From: Raja brachyura
Taxonomy: Eukaryota
Reading direction: 5' to 3'
NCBI GenBank assembly: GCA_963514005.1
Contig: OY740792.1
Location: 42,780,001 to 42,844,000, forward strand
Length of the DNA stretch: 64,000 nucleotides
In this document: piece by piece, positions 36,801 through 47,861 of the stretch
How positions within the stretch are numbered: the stretch's first letter is position 1
Layout of the letters: every line of letters starts with the position of its first letter
Notes under the pieces: generated by a model
The model's input: only the letters and a program-made list of their open reading frames with translations
Told to the model about the DNA's origin: nothing
Databases searched by the model: none
Translations under genes and position numbers: made by a program

Positions 36801-37849
36801 GCAGCTCATTCCATGCATCCACCAGCCTTTGTGTGAGAAAGTTATCCCTCAGATTCCTATTAAATCTTTCCCCATTCACCATTAAACCTATGCACTCTGG
36901 TTCTCGATTCCCGTACTCTGGGTAAGAGATTTTGTGTGTCTACCCAATCTATCCCTCTTATGTTAAAGATGTTAATGATTTTTTTTTCTAACAAGCTAGC
37001 AGTTTTCTTAATTGTTAATTGAATTCAGTTTCACCATTTACCTCCAGGGGTAAACAGTGGTTCTTGAATTCACAATCTCTAGGCTTTTCAGTGATGCACC
37101 AGGGCCACTATGCTTCCCCCACCCTAACACTTTGTCAACAAGAACTATTGTGTTGTCAACAACTTATGGAAAAAGATATGAAATAGAAAAACAAATCAAT
37201 GCATAACTTGTTCAAACCAACAAAATGTGATTGGGCAGGTCCTTGGTTCGTTTTTCAAAGAGATGTTTCAATTATGTTTCTGTTTAAAAAATGAGAAAGA
37301 GAAAATACAGTTGTTTACAGTCCGTAAACAAACTAAAATATTTCCTCTTTTGAACATAAATCTAATTCAGAAAACAGTCTCTCCTGACTCCAAATAAAAT
37401 GGGCCTCTATCCAGCATCCCTTAATATTTTATGCTAATTAAAAGTTGTGAATCTCAATTTCATCTTGGATTTCAACATTACAGCATGGAACAGGCCCCTT
37501 GGCCCACAATGTCCGTGCTGAAAATTGATGCAAGGTTAAACTAATCTCCTTTGCCTGCACGTGAACCATATACCTCCATTTCCTGCATATCCACATGCCT
37601 CCCAAAAGCCTCTTAAACTCCACGATAGTACCTGTCTCCACCATCACCACTGGCAGCATGTTCCAGGCCTCCACAAGTCTATAAAATACTAGCCACACAC
37701 ATCTCCTATAAACTTCGCCCCTCTCGAGTGTAATATTTCCACCCTGGTAAATAGGTTCTGACTGTCTCCCCTATCTATGCCTCTCATAATTTTATATACT
37801 TCTATCAGGTTTCCCCTCAATCTCTGGGATTTGTGGAAGAGAATTTCAA

Positions 37850-38745
37850 ACTTCTATCACTGCGGCGGCACAACTCACGTTGCAGCGGCCCCTACAGTCT
37901 GTCTGTCTTTTTTTTTGTCTAGTTAAATGTAGTTGTGCGTGTTTTTTAATACTGTTTTTAACCGTGTATATGTGGGGGGCGGAGGCGGGGGCGGGGGGGG
38001 GGGGAGGGAAGGGGAAAACTTAAAAAAATCTCTTGCCTGCACGCGAGACCCGACCTTTTCCCTGTCGGGTCTCAGTTGTCATTGGGGCCTAGTACCATGG
38101 AGCGGCCTCCAACCGGAGGGGGCTTCAGTCGCGGAGCCTGCGGACTACTCACCATCGTGGGGCTGGCCAGCTTTGGAGCGTGGGGCGCGGTGGTGGCTGG
38201 TTGCTGCGGCCCGACTGGAGCTCGGAGGCTCCAGCTGCAGACCTTTAGACGGAACATCGGGAGCTCGCGGGTCCGGGAGGGAGTCCGCTTTTCGGAGCTC
38301 CCGCAGCGCAACTTCTCCAGCCCGTGTTGCGGGGTTGGAACGAACCAGGGCGGGGCTGTACATCGCCCGGTGCGGCTTCAATGGCCGCGGAACATTTCAG
38401 CGCCCGCCGGGGGCTCCAACTTTGTGACATTTAGACCTGGAGCGGGGCCGTACATCGCCTGGCGCGGCCTTAAATCGCCGTGGGACTTAACATCGCCCTC
38501 CTGGGGCTTCGACATCGGGAGAGAAATGGTGCAGGGGAAAGAAAAGACTTTGCCTTCCATCACAGTGAGGAGGAGATTCACTGTGATGGATGTTTGTGTA
38601 AATTGAAGTGTTTGTATGTTTTGTAGGAATTGTCTTTGTTTGTATGGCTGTGGAAACGGAGTTACGTTTGAGCCTCCCTGAGGTTCAAATGACATGGAAT
38701 AAAATATTGTATTGTAATATATTGTATATTGTATTGTATTGTACT
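37850..38745 (+). mobile_element. GC-rich non-autonomous retroelement with LINE-like tail and (attgt)n end
   Basis: Internal sub-repeats (ggggc.gtacatcgcc), hairpin ccatcacagtga/tcactgtgatgg, tail aatgacatggaataaa followed by (tattg)n. Confidence 0.5.
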
Positions 38746-39484
38746 AACTGCATGTAGAATGTAGAAATGTTTCCTAACTTCACTCGTGTAATCCCCAACA
38801 CTATTGTTTTGCCCTAATCCTAGAGTTAATAAGTAGTAAACATACTTTTTGCCTAGAAATCTGCCCCTTTCAGAAATTAATTTCCAAGAAATGCATGCCT
38901 ATCTTCACTGCTAGTGACCAATAATAATTTTTTGAGGCATTTCCCAATTAGTTATCAATATTATAAGGGTGGCACAGTGGCACAGCGGTAGAGTTGCTGC
39001 CTTACAGCACCAGAGAGCCAGGTTTGATCCTGACTAAAGATGCTCTCTGTACGGAGTTTGCACTTTCTCCCTACGATCGCATGAGTTTTCTTCGGGTGCT
39101 CCAGTTTCCTCCCACATTCCAAAGACATGCAGTTTTGTAGGTTAATTGGTTTCTGTAAATTGTTCCTAGTGCATGGAATAGAACTAGTGTCCAGGTGATC
39201 ACTGGTCAGCATGAGCTCAGTGAGATTAAAGGGCCTGTCCCACTTAGGCGATTTATTCGCCGACTGCCGTGACAGTCACAGTCATAGCAGGTCGTCGAAA
39301 AACTGGCGACTGGGCCCCCCCTACGACAATGTCTACAACAACCTACCACCTCGTCTACGTCAAGCTACCGACAACCGGCGACCCATTACGACGTCCACCT
39401 ACGACGACACATACGACAACCTACGACCACACAGGCGACAATCTACGACAACCGACGTCAACCTATATCCGCCCGCGACAAGCT

Positions 39485-40235
39485 TGATCCCTGGGATCCC
39501 TGGGGCGAGATTGATCCCTGGGATGGGGGGACTGTCATATCAGGAAAGATTGAAAAGCCTAGGCTTGTTTTCACTGGGGTTTAGAAGGATGAGGGGGTAT
39601 CTTATAGAAACATGTAAAATTATAAAAGGACTGGACAAGCTAGATGCAGGAAAAATGTTCCCAATGTTGGGCAAGCCCAGAACCAGGGGCCACAGTCTTA
39701 GAATAAAGAGGAGGTCATTTAAGACTGAGGTGAGAGAAAACCTTTTCACCCAGAGAGTTGTGAATTTATGGAATTCCCTGCCACAGAGGGCAGTGGAGGC
39801 CAAATCACTGGATGGATTTAAGAGAGAGTTACACAAAAAGCTGGAGAAACTCAGCGGGTGCAGCAGCATCTAAGGAGCGAAGGAGATAGGCGACGTTTCG
39901 GGTCGAGACCCTTCTTCAGACTGGTCAGGGATCAGGGAAACGAGAGATATAAACAGTGATGTGGAGAGATAAGGAACAATGAGTGAAAGATATGCAAAAA
40001 AGTATTGGTGATAAAGGAAGCAGGCCATTGTAAGCTGTTTGTGGTGTGAAAATGAGAAGCTGAGATTTAAGAGAGAGTTGGATAGAGCTCTAGGGGCTAG
40101 TGGAGTCAAGGGATATGGGGAGAAGGGAGGCACGGGTTATTGATAGTGGACGATCAGCCATGATCACAATGAATGGCGGTGCTGGCTCGAAGGGCCGAAT
40201 GGCCTCCTCCTGCACCTATTTTCTATGTTTCTATG
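39485..40235 (+). mobile_element. CR1 3' fragment nested in the MITE
   Basis: ORF2 C-terminus, (ttctatgt)n tail, TSD caagct at 39479-39484 and 40236-40241. Confidence 0.9.
39831..40063 (-). mobile_element. Penelope pLTR fragment nested in the CR1
   Basis: Nearly identical to 10431-10660, flanked by the 16-bp duplication gatttaagagagagtt (39815-39830 and 40064-40079). Confidence 0.88.
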
Positions 40236-40927
40236 CAAGCTACGACCCTGTCGGCGACAACTGAAGACAATTCAGTCACCGGTACTGTCGCTGGTTGACG
40301 TAGGTTGACGTAGGTAGTCGCCAATGGAAATCATCAGTCATCCCCGGCGACAACCAACGTCACCTGGCGACAACCTGCGTCATCCTGGCGACAACCTGCG
40401 TCATCCTGGCGACGACCTACGACATACGACCTACGACAGCACCTACGACAGGAGAAGACAAGCTATGTCAATCCCGCAGTCGGCTAAAGGTTTTGAACAT
40501 TTCAAAATCCAGCAGCGACCAGAAAAAAGTTATGACTCTTTAGGCGACTTGAGGAGACAACTCACGACAACACAGGTGTCACCCCATGACCATGTGGAGA
40601 CAGCCTAATCGCCTGCATTGGTCACAAAACTTGCCCTTAAAGGCCTGTTTCCATGCTAACCCAATTTAAACCAATTTAAAAAGTTCAATTCTTGATAAGT
40701 CTCCTAATCTTCTAAATACTGGAGACTTATTTGCTTGGTGTGCAGATATCATTCTGGTAAATCTACAGTGTACTTTGACCAATCCCAATGCATCTTCCTT
40801 ATATATAATACGGATGTTCCAGGTCATGAGATTTGGTCTAACAAGGCTTTGTATATCAGGGACATGACTTCTAAGCCTTAGCAAAGATCAGCAGTCAATT
40901 AGAGTTAGTTATTTTATATAAATATTG

Positions 40928-41168
40928 GGAGGCACAGTGGTAGAGTTGCTGCCGGGTTCGATCCTGACCTCGGCAGCTGTCTGTGTGGAGCTTGCACGTG
41001 CTGTGGTTTCTCTCACATCCCAAAGATGTGCAGGTTTTTAGGTTAATTGGCTTCTGTAAATTGCTCCTCGTGTGTGGGATAAAACTAGTGTACAGGTGAT
41101 CGATGGTCGGCATGGACTTGTTGGGCTAAAGTGCCTGTTTACACACTGTATCTCTAAACTAAACAAAC
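40928..41168 (+). mobile_element. V-SINE copy
   Basis: Head, partially deleted V-domain, tail. Confidence 0.72.
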
Positions 41169-41354
41169 TTAATCTGTCATGGCATTACAATGATCTATCT
41201 ACACGGGGCCCTAAATCTTCTTGTGCCCACTAGATGTACTTGCATTGAAATTCATTTACGGCTACTCCAGTTAGGTTGTGGGCTTTGTTATTATCACACG
41301 AGGTGCAAATGGTACCAAACATCACACAATCATCAGCGAACAACCCTTCTTCTG

Positions 41355-41663
41355 ACTTTAGACTTTAGTGATACAGTGCGGTAATAAGCCCTTCAGCCCA
41401 CCGAGTCTGCGCTGACCAGCGATCACCCCGTACACTAATACTATCCAACACACTAGGGACAGTTTAAAATTTTACCAAAGCCAATTAACCTACTAACCTG
41501 CACGTCTTTGAAGTGTGGGAGGAAACCGGAGCACCCGGAGAAAACCCACACGGTCACAGGGAGAACGTACAAATTCTGTACAGACAGCATCCATAGGCAG
41601 GATCAAACCCAGGTCTCTAGTGCTGTAAGTCAGCAACTCTACCAAAGCACCATTGTGCTGCCC
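41355..41663 (-). mobile_element. V-SINE copy
   Basis: Full-length reverse-complement match. Confidence 0.8.
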
Positions 41664-43559
41664 ATAGATACGTAGCCTTTGCAGATAATTACTTGCAGTG
41701 CTGTAAAAATGGGACACTTGTTAACTCGTTCTATGATGTCATTGTCATCTATTCTGTAGTTAACAAGGAGAGTTAACATGACTGCTGGGGATTCAGGGAT
41801 CGCACTCAGTTCTTCCTTAAAGACAGAAGTACAATTTTAATCCCGAGACCAACATTCCTTCTGGATCACCCATTCTTTATTTGTAATATTCTAAATTCTA
41901 TAATTATCTGCAATAAATAGAGTCTTTCACTTCTGACACAGCCTTTCATGTTGACACAAGGAATTGCAGATGCTGGTTTGCCACAGAATGGTGCAGCTGG
42001 TGGAACTGCTGCCCAAAGACCCAAGTTCAATCCTGACCTCGGGTGCTATCTGTGAGGAGTTCGCACGTTCTCCCTGTGACCGCACGGGTTTCCTCTGATT
42101 TCCTCCCACATCCCAAAGACGGGCAGGTTGTAGGTTAATTGGCCTCTGTAAATTGTTCCTAATGTGTAGGGAGTCGATGAGAAGCTGGGTAACATAGAAC
42201 TGGTATGAACGGGTGATCCATGGGCATTTGACCTGTCTTTCCCTTTCACCCCCATTCTCCTGCCTTCTCCCCATAACCCCTGATACCCTTACTAACCAAG
42301 AATCTGTCAATCTCTGCCTTAAAAATATCCCTTGACTTGTACTCCACACCTGATTGTGACAATGAGTTCCACAGATTCACCACCCTTTTACTAAAGGAAT
42401 TCCTCCTTATCTCCTTTCTAAGGTACGTCCTTTTCTTCTGAGGCTATGGCCTCTGGTCCTAGACTCTCCCATTAGTGGAAACATCTTCTCCACATCCACT
42501 CTACCCAGGCCTTCCACTATTCGGTAAGTTTCAATTAGGTTCCCCTTCATCCTTGTAATATGTTAACCCAATAATTCCTGGGATCATTTTCGTAAACCTC
42601 CTCATAGTATGGGCCTAAAACTGCTCACAATACTCCAAATGCGGTCTGACCGGTGTCTCATAAAGCCTCAGCATTACATCCCTGTGTTTGTATTCCATTC
42701 CACATCCCTGTTTTTATATTGTGGTAAGTATGCAATAGCTATTTGTTCATCTGGGGAGATATTTGGTTGTACATTGACAGCTGCTTTTAAATCCTCAGTT
42801 GTATCAGTTTATGAATTAGTCAGTTTGGTTTACTTTCTCAAATGTCCATTTTAAATAAAGTTAGTTCTTCATTGGTAAATTTTACACTGGTTCAGCTGTA
42901 ATTTGTTACTGCATTATAAATGTGATGTTAGAACCACTTGTAAATGTGTCACATTTTTCATTTGTAACACATTCAAGGTGATGAATACATTATATGTGAG
43001 TTTTGTGCCAATATAAAAAAAAGGATATGCACTACCATACTAGGTTTAACTATGACAATCATAATTCTGCAAATCCCGTAAAACTTTTGAATAGACGCAC
43101 AGAGTCTTTTGCCCAGAGTAGGGGAATCGAGAACCAGAGGACATAGGTTTAAGGTGAAGGGGAAAAGATTTAATAGGAATCTGAGGGGTAACTTTATCAC
43201 ACAAAGGGTGGTGGGTGTATGGAATGAGCTACCAGAGGAGGTAGTTGAGGCGGGGACTATTACAACATTTAAGAAACAATTAGACAGGCACATGGATAGG
43301 GCAGGTTTCAAGGAATATGGGCCAGATGCAGGCAGGTGGGACTAGTGTAGATGGGACATGTTGCGACGGCGTAATGTGTTGGCAAGTTGGGACGAAGGGC
43401 CTGTTTCAACACTGTATGACTCGATAACGCTTGGATTTTCAGAAAAAAAAGTTGTTTATATCTAAATGCAAACAAAATTTACAATGCCGTATGCGTTCTA
43501 AATTCAGTTAATTTGATGCGTATTTCTAATGCTCAAATAAATGCGTTATCTTCTTCCAG

Positions 43560-43660
43560 GTAAGAAACTAACTTCTAATCTGGCTACAAATATTATTGCA
43601 AGTGTGGTTCCTGTAGTAATTGCGATTGGAATCCTGTTTTTACTGCTATACTTTGGACAT
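43560..43660 (+). CDS. TIGIT: TIGIT-like receptor, stalk/transmembrane exon (GKKLTSNLATNIIASVVPVVIAIGILFLLLYFGH)
   Basis: Acceptor tcttcttccag, donor CAT|GTAAGT, phase 1 in and phase 0 out, about 21 uncharged hydrophobic residues. Too short for the ORF track. Confidence 0.85.
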
Positions 43661-44123
43661 GTAAGTAATACAAATTTACAAGTATAATTGAGGACGAAAG
43701 TTACACTAAATCAGAAATGTAATAAACATTTTGTAATTGCTACACAGATCTTTTACTCCTTGCCCTCCCTAAATTATAACCATTCAGCCGTGTTCTTTTT
43801 TGCTTCCAATTATTTTCATACTTTTTTTTCCTGCTCATTTAAAAATCCAGATGGGATTTCACCAAAACACTATATAACAAGGGAATAACTTCTTCACTTT
43901 TGTATTCTACTTCCCTTGAAAGAAAGATCTTTAACCTCATGTTTCAGTCATACCCTCTTCTAAATCTATATCTCATTATATATATATTTTTAGCTTCCAT
44001 CTACACCAGTTATTGAATCTCCAAATTCATCTGCAAACCGTGATAAATGAATCATTTTTCAGGAAGAAACTGAGGCCCTACAGCATATCCCAGGGATCAT
44101 CATTTGTTAAAACCTGCTCATAA

Positions 44124-44435
44124 GCGGCACGATGGTGCAACGGTAGTTGCTGCGTTACAGCGCTTACAGCGCCGGTGACCCGGGCTCGATCCCGACTATG
44201 GGTGCTGTCTGTACGGAATTTGTATATTCTACCCGTAACCACGAGGGTTTTCTCCGAGATCTTTGGTTCCCTCCCACACTCCAAAGACATCAAGATTGTA
44301 GATTAATTGGCTTGGTATAAGTGTAAATTGTCCCTAGTGTGTGTAGGATAGTGTTAATGTGCGGGGATCGCTGGTCGGTGCGACTCGGTGGGGCGAAGGG
44401 CCTGTATCCACATTATATCTCTAAGCTAAACTAAA
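44124..44435 (+). mobile_element. V-SINE copy
   Basis: Full-length match with ctaaa tail. Confidence 0.8.
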
Positions 44436-44889
44436 GAGAATACACTTACTATTCTTTACTCTGTTCCAGTTTACCAATCAAATTTCATGCTGTCTGATCC
44501 TCTCCATCGTGTATGCTCTGTCTGACTAATAATCTAGTTTGCAGAACCTCAGTAAGTGCCTGGAAGTCCAGAGACATTGCCAGAGACTAATCCAGAGACA
44601 TTCAAGCAAGGCAATGATCTTAAAACATTCTCCAATTGTGCGCCTCACCCTTCAAAATCCAAGCTGATTCTTAGATTCTTTTTGCCTTGTTGCTGAGTTT
44701 TCTCTGCCAGAATAGCACCAACAATCATATCCTTATGATTGGTTCTGGAGGCTTTTTTCTCCTACCCGTTCCCCCGTAACTTAGAGGCATCTGCAAGGTT
44801 TCAACTACACAGCACAGTTTGTGATTCAAATAATGCTTTAAAAAATAATGGCAGGAAATTATCCATTCAGATTGTTCACAGCCATTTAT

Positions 44890-45208
44890 TTTAGAAATGC
44901 AGCATGGAAACAGGACCTTCGGCCCACTGAATCCATGCCGACCATCGATCACCCGTTCCTATCAGTTCAGTCTTATCCTACTTTCTGATCCACTCCCTAC
45001 ACACTAGGGGCAATTTACAAAGGCAATTTAACCGGCGAGCCCACATATCTTTGGGATGGGGATGAAGCTGGAGCGACTGGAGAAAACCCACGCAGTCACA
45101 GGGAGAATGTGGACACGCCACAAAGACAGCATCCGAGGTCAGGATCGAACCTGGGTCTCTGGAACTGTGAGGCAGCAGCTCTACCAGCTGCACCACTGTG
45201 CTGCCCAC
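44890..45208 (-). mobile_element. V-SINE copy
   Basis: Reverse-complement match. Confidence 0.75.
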
Positions 45209-46490
45209 AATTGGGTTTCGATGAAACAAACAACACAAGTTCTATTTTGTTGACAATGAAATTCCATTGGGTTTTTTTCAGTACAGTTCAATAATTACTT
45301 GAACTATTAATGTCTATCGTAAATAGGTAGATAAAATATAGGCTCCAAAAATTAGATCCCTCAAAACAGCATAGAAGAGACGGGAAATTGTGGGAGGTGG
45401 GATGATAGTAATCAGAGCATTATGGGAGGTGGGGGGGGGGAGGAACAGTCAGTAAGACAGGGGATTGGTCTGGCATAACCATATGTTGCAAGATCATGGG
45501 GAGGCTGAGGTGAAGTGGCAAGAGGTCATGGTCAAAGACCTTGAGGTGGGGAATGTGATAGAGGGCCTTTGCTTTGCAGGGTATTAACAAATGGAAGATC
45601 TACCAACTTCCTGTAACCTGCTGGATTTAGCAAAGGGTGGGAAACATTGCCATCATGAGTTAGGAAGAAAAACACTATGATTGAACCGCTCAGTCTCCTT
45701 GAAAGATTTCAGTGATTGACTCGATTCCCAAGAGCTGAATGAGTCAAACACCTGGCATCTCAGCTCTGTAAACACCTTTATGGGGTGTGTTTGCGTTGGA
45801 TCGGGTACTAGTTTCAGCTTTGTATTGGATTAACCTTTCATATGATCCATGCTTACCTGCGTGTTTGGAGTTAATTCTTCTCCTCGATACCTACTGTAGT
45901 AGAACAACTCCAATGGTCCAAATAGCTGTTGGCAATATATGATACTTTCCTTCCATCTATTTCAACCTTTTCAGCATCTTTTCTATTTCTTTCTCATCCA
46001 TTACTTTATTCAGCACTCCCTGAAATGCATCTTTGTTAATAGAATCACCTTCTCCTTGTCTTTGAGAGTTCCACATTCTACCCGTCAGTATTCATTATTA
46101 TTATTATTATTAATAATATTATTATTAGTGACAACTTTGAGACAACAGTTACACTTGTAAAGGACTCCAGGACCCTAGTTTGGAAACTCAAAGTCCACCA
46201 CATCAAATCCTTTCATTTTATTAGGGATCTGATGTTCAGAATGCAGAATTAAAGGATGTTCCTTTTGGAAGGAGATGAGAAGGAATTTATTTCGTCAGAG
46301 AGTGTTGAATTTGTGGAATTCTTTGCCACAGAAGGCTGTGGAGGCCAAGTCAATTGATATTTTTAAAGCAGAGATAGTTTCTTGATTAGTATGGGTGTCA
46401 GGGGTTATGGGGAGAATGGGTGTCAGGGGTTATGGCAGGGGTTATGGCAGGAGAATGGGGTTAGGAGGTAGAGATAGATCAGCCATGATT

Positions 46491-46699
46491 CTTGGTTCTT
46501 GGTTCTTGGTCCTCCAAAAATATTCCAAATGGAATTTAAACTGGAGGTGGCGGGGGGGTGGACTTAAGCAAAAAAAGGTTCTTGGAACAGAAGAGTTACC
46601 TTAAATTTAGTTGCGTCTGGTTGGGTAACTATGGTAGGGTGAAGACTATTCCATGCTTTAATTGTGTGGGGCAAGAATGAATTGGTGTACACTGATTGC
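46491..46699 (-). mobile_element. Short 3' fragment of another LINE clade (RTE-X/L2-like) inserted in a CR1 tail
   Basis: Minus-strand peptide YTNSFLPHTIKAWNSLHP (SFFPRTIxxWNxL-type LINE C-terminus), (accaaga)n tail, tgatt duplicated on both sides. Confidence 0.6.
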
Positions 46700-46839
46700 T
46701 GATTGAATGGCGGAGTGGATTTGATGGGTCAAATGGCTTAATTCTGCTCCTATTACTTATGACCTTATAACCATGTAATGTCAGGTAATGCATTTTATAA
46801 ATATATTCCCATAATCCTGTGAAACCTTTTTTGTACCAG

Positions 46840-47010
46840 AGGAATAAAAGAATCCACACACCAAACCAGATCAATGTTCTACTGCATAATACATCAGACG
46901 CCAATAACCAAGACACTGCTAGACGACCAAGCAACACAATTCCACCCAACTCTGATGGTGAGGTCCCAGACACCGACTACTTTAGTGTTGCATTAAGAAC
47001 ATCACTTTAA
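46840..47010 (+). CDS. TIGIT: TIGIT-like receptor, terminal cytoplasmic exon (RNKRIHTPNQ...DGEVPDTDYFSVALRTSL*)
   Basis: Acceptor ccttttttgtaccag, phase 0 matching the TM exon, basic stop-transfer RNKR, C-terminal DYFSV-ALRTSL aligning by eye with human TIGIT DYFNV-LSYRSL, stop TAA, downstream AATAAA. Confidence 0.82.
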   Translation, partial: RNKRIHTPNQINVLLHNTSDANNQDTARRPSNTIPPNSDGEVPDTDYFSVALRTSL

Positions 47011-47290
47011 GATTTCAGTAGTTAGATTTGCATAAGTGCTTTTGTGTTAAAACTGTCAACAGATATAATTTCTAATTATGTTTCAAAAAGTTTTATGATT
47101 CTGTAATGTTATTCCTGATGAGCTAACTGCAGCATTTTTACAGATGGAAATAAATTGGTTGTAAAAATGTTTCCCCAACCATGGAGATATTGCTATGTAA
47201 TTTCTAGAATTACCCAATGAATGTTGAATTGGCAGGGACTGTTTGCAATAATTTAATCTGTACTGAAAAAAGTAAGCAAAATTATTAAAG

Positions 47291-47296
47291 AATAAA
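47291..47296 (+). terminator. Candidate polyadenylation signal of the TIGIT-like gene
   Basis: AATAAA about 280 nt after the stop codon, followed by GT/T-rich tgtgttgtttg. Confidence 0.6.
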
Positions 47297-47333
47297 CTTG
47301 ATTATTATTGTGTTGTTTGAGTAAATGTCCTCT

Positions 47334-47513
47334 TACTGGCAGACGGCGTAAATGCCATATATTAGAGGGCGTCAATAATTTCATACATTAGAGGGGCTAA
47401 AGGGCCTTTACTAGAGGGCATATATGCCACATAATAGAGGGCATTAATGTCCTATACTAGACGGCAAAAATGTTATATACTAGTGGGCATATATGTCGTA
47501 TACTGGAGGACAT
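47334..47513. repeat. Degenerate minisatellite, about 23-bp unit, about 8 copies
   Basis: Units such as tactagagggcatatatgccaca, taatagagggcattaatgtccta, tactagacggcaaaaatgttata, tactagtgggcatatatgtcgta. Confidence 0.75.
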
Positions 47514-47861
47514 AGCTTTAAGTTGAAAGCAGATTTAAGGGAGACTTACAAGGTATGTTTCTTATTGCACAGAGACGTAGGTGCCTTAAACATGCTGCCA
47601 CGGAAAGTGGAGGAAAACAGATATGACAGCGATGTTTAAGAGACAGACATGGGAAGAGGCAGGGAAGGAAGGGATTAGAGACCATGTACAGACACACATG
47701 CAGTTTAAATTGGCATCATGGTTGGTGCAGATATCGTGGAGCAAAGGATGTGGCCGTGCTGTACTGTTGTATTAATTGATTTCCTGGAACACGAATGGCT
47801 ATTAATCCCAACAAGAAGCAGTATAGTTTGTAAACAATTTTTAAAATAGTTATAGTTGTAT

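Larger units (their letters stand above)
39230..40637. mobile_element. Harbinger-type MITE (agggcctgtcccactt TIR) carrying a nested CR1
   Basis: TAA duplicated on both sides, left TIR shared with the 51826 element, degenerate right TIR, cgacaacc/ctacgac-rich interior. Confidence 0.65.
38968..40660 (+). mobile_element. V-SINE interrupted in its tail by a MITE
   Basis: SINE at 38968-39229, tail aggcctgtttccatgct resumes at about 40641. Confidence 0.75.

Noticed and set aside
37933-38695. Cluster of overlapping 60-176 aa ORFs
   Set aside because: GC-rich interior of a repeat; low stop frequency explains them.
39211-39873. 220-aa ORF
   Set aside because: Read-through of SINE, MITE, CR1 and Penelope pieces.
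40345-40450. Repeated cctggcgacaacctgcgtcat units, and the 47334-47513 array, as possible CRISPR arrays
   Set aside because: Eukaryotic context, no unique spacers, no cas genes; these are tandem sub-repeats.
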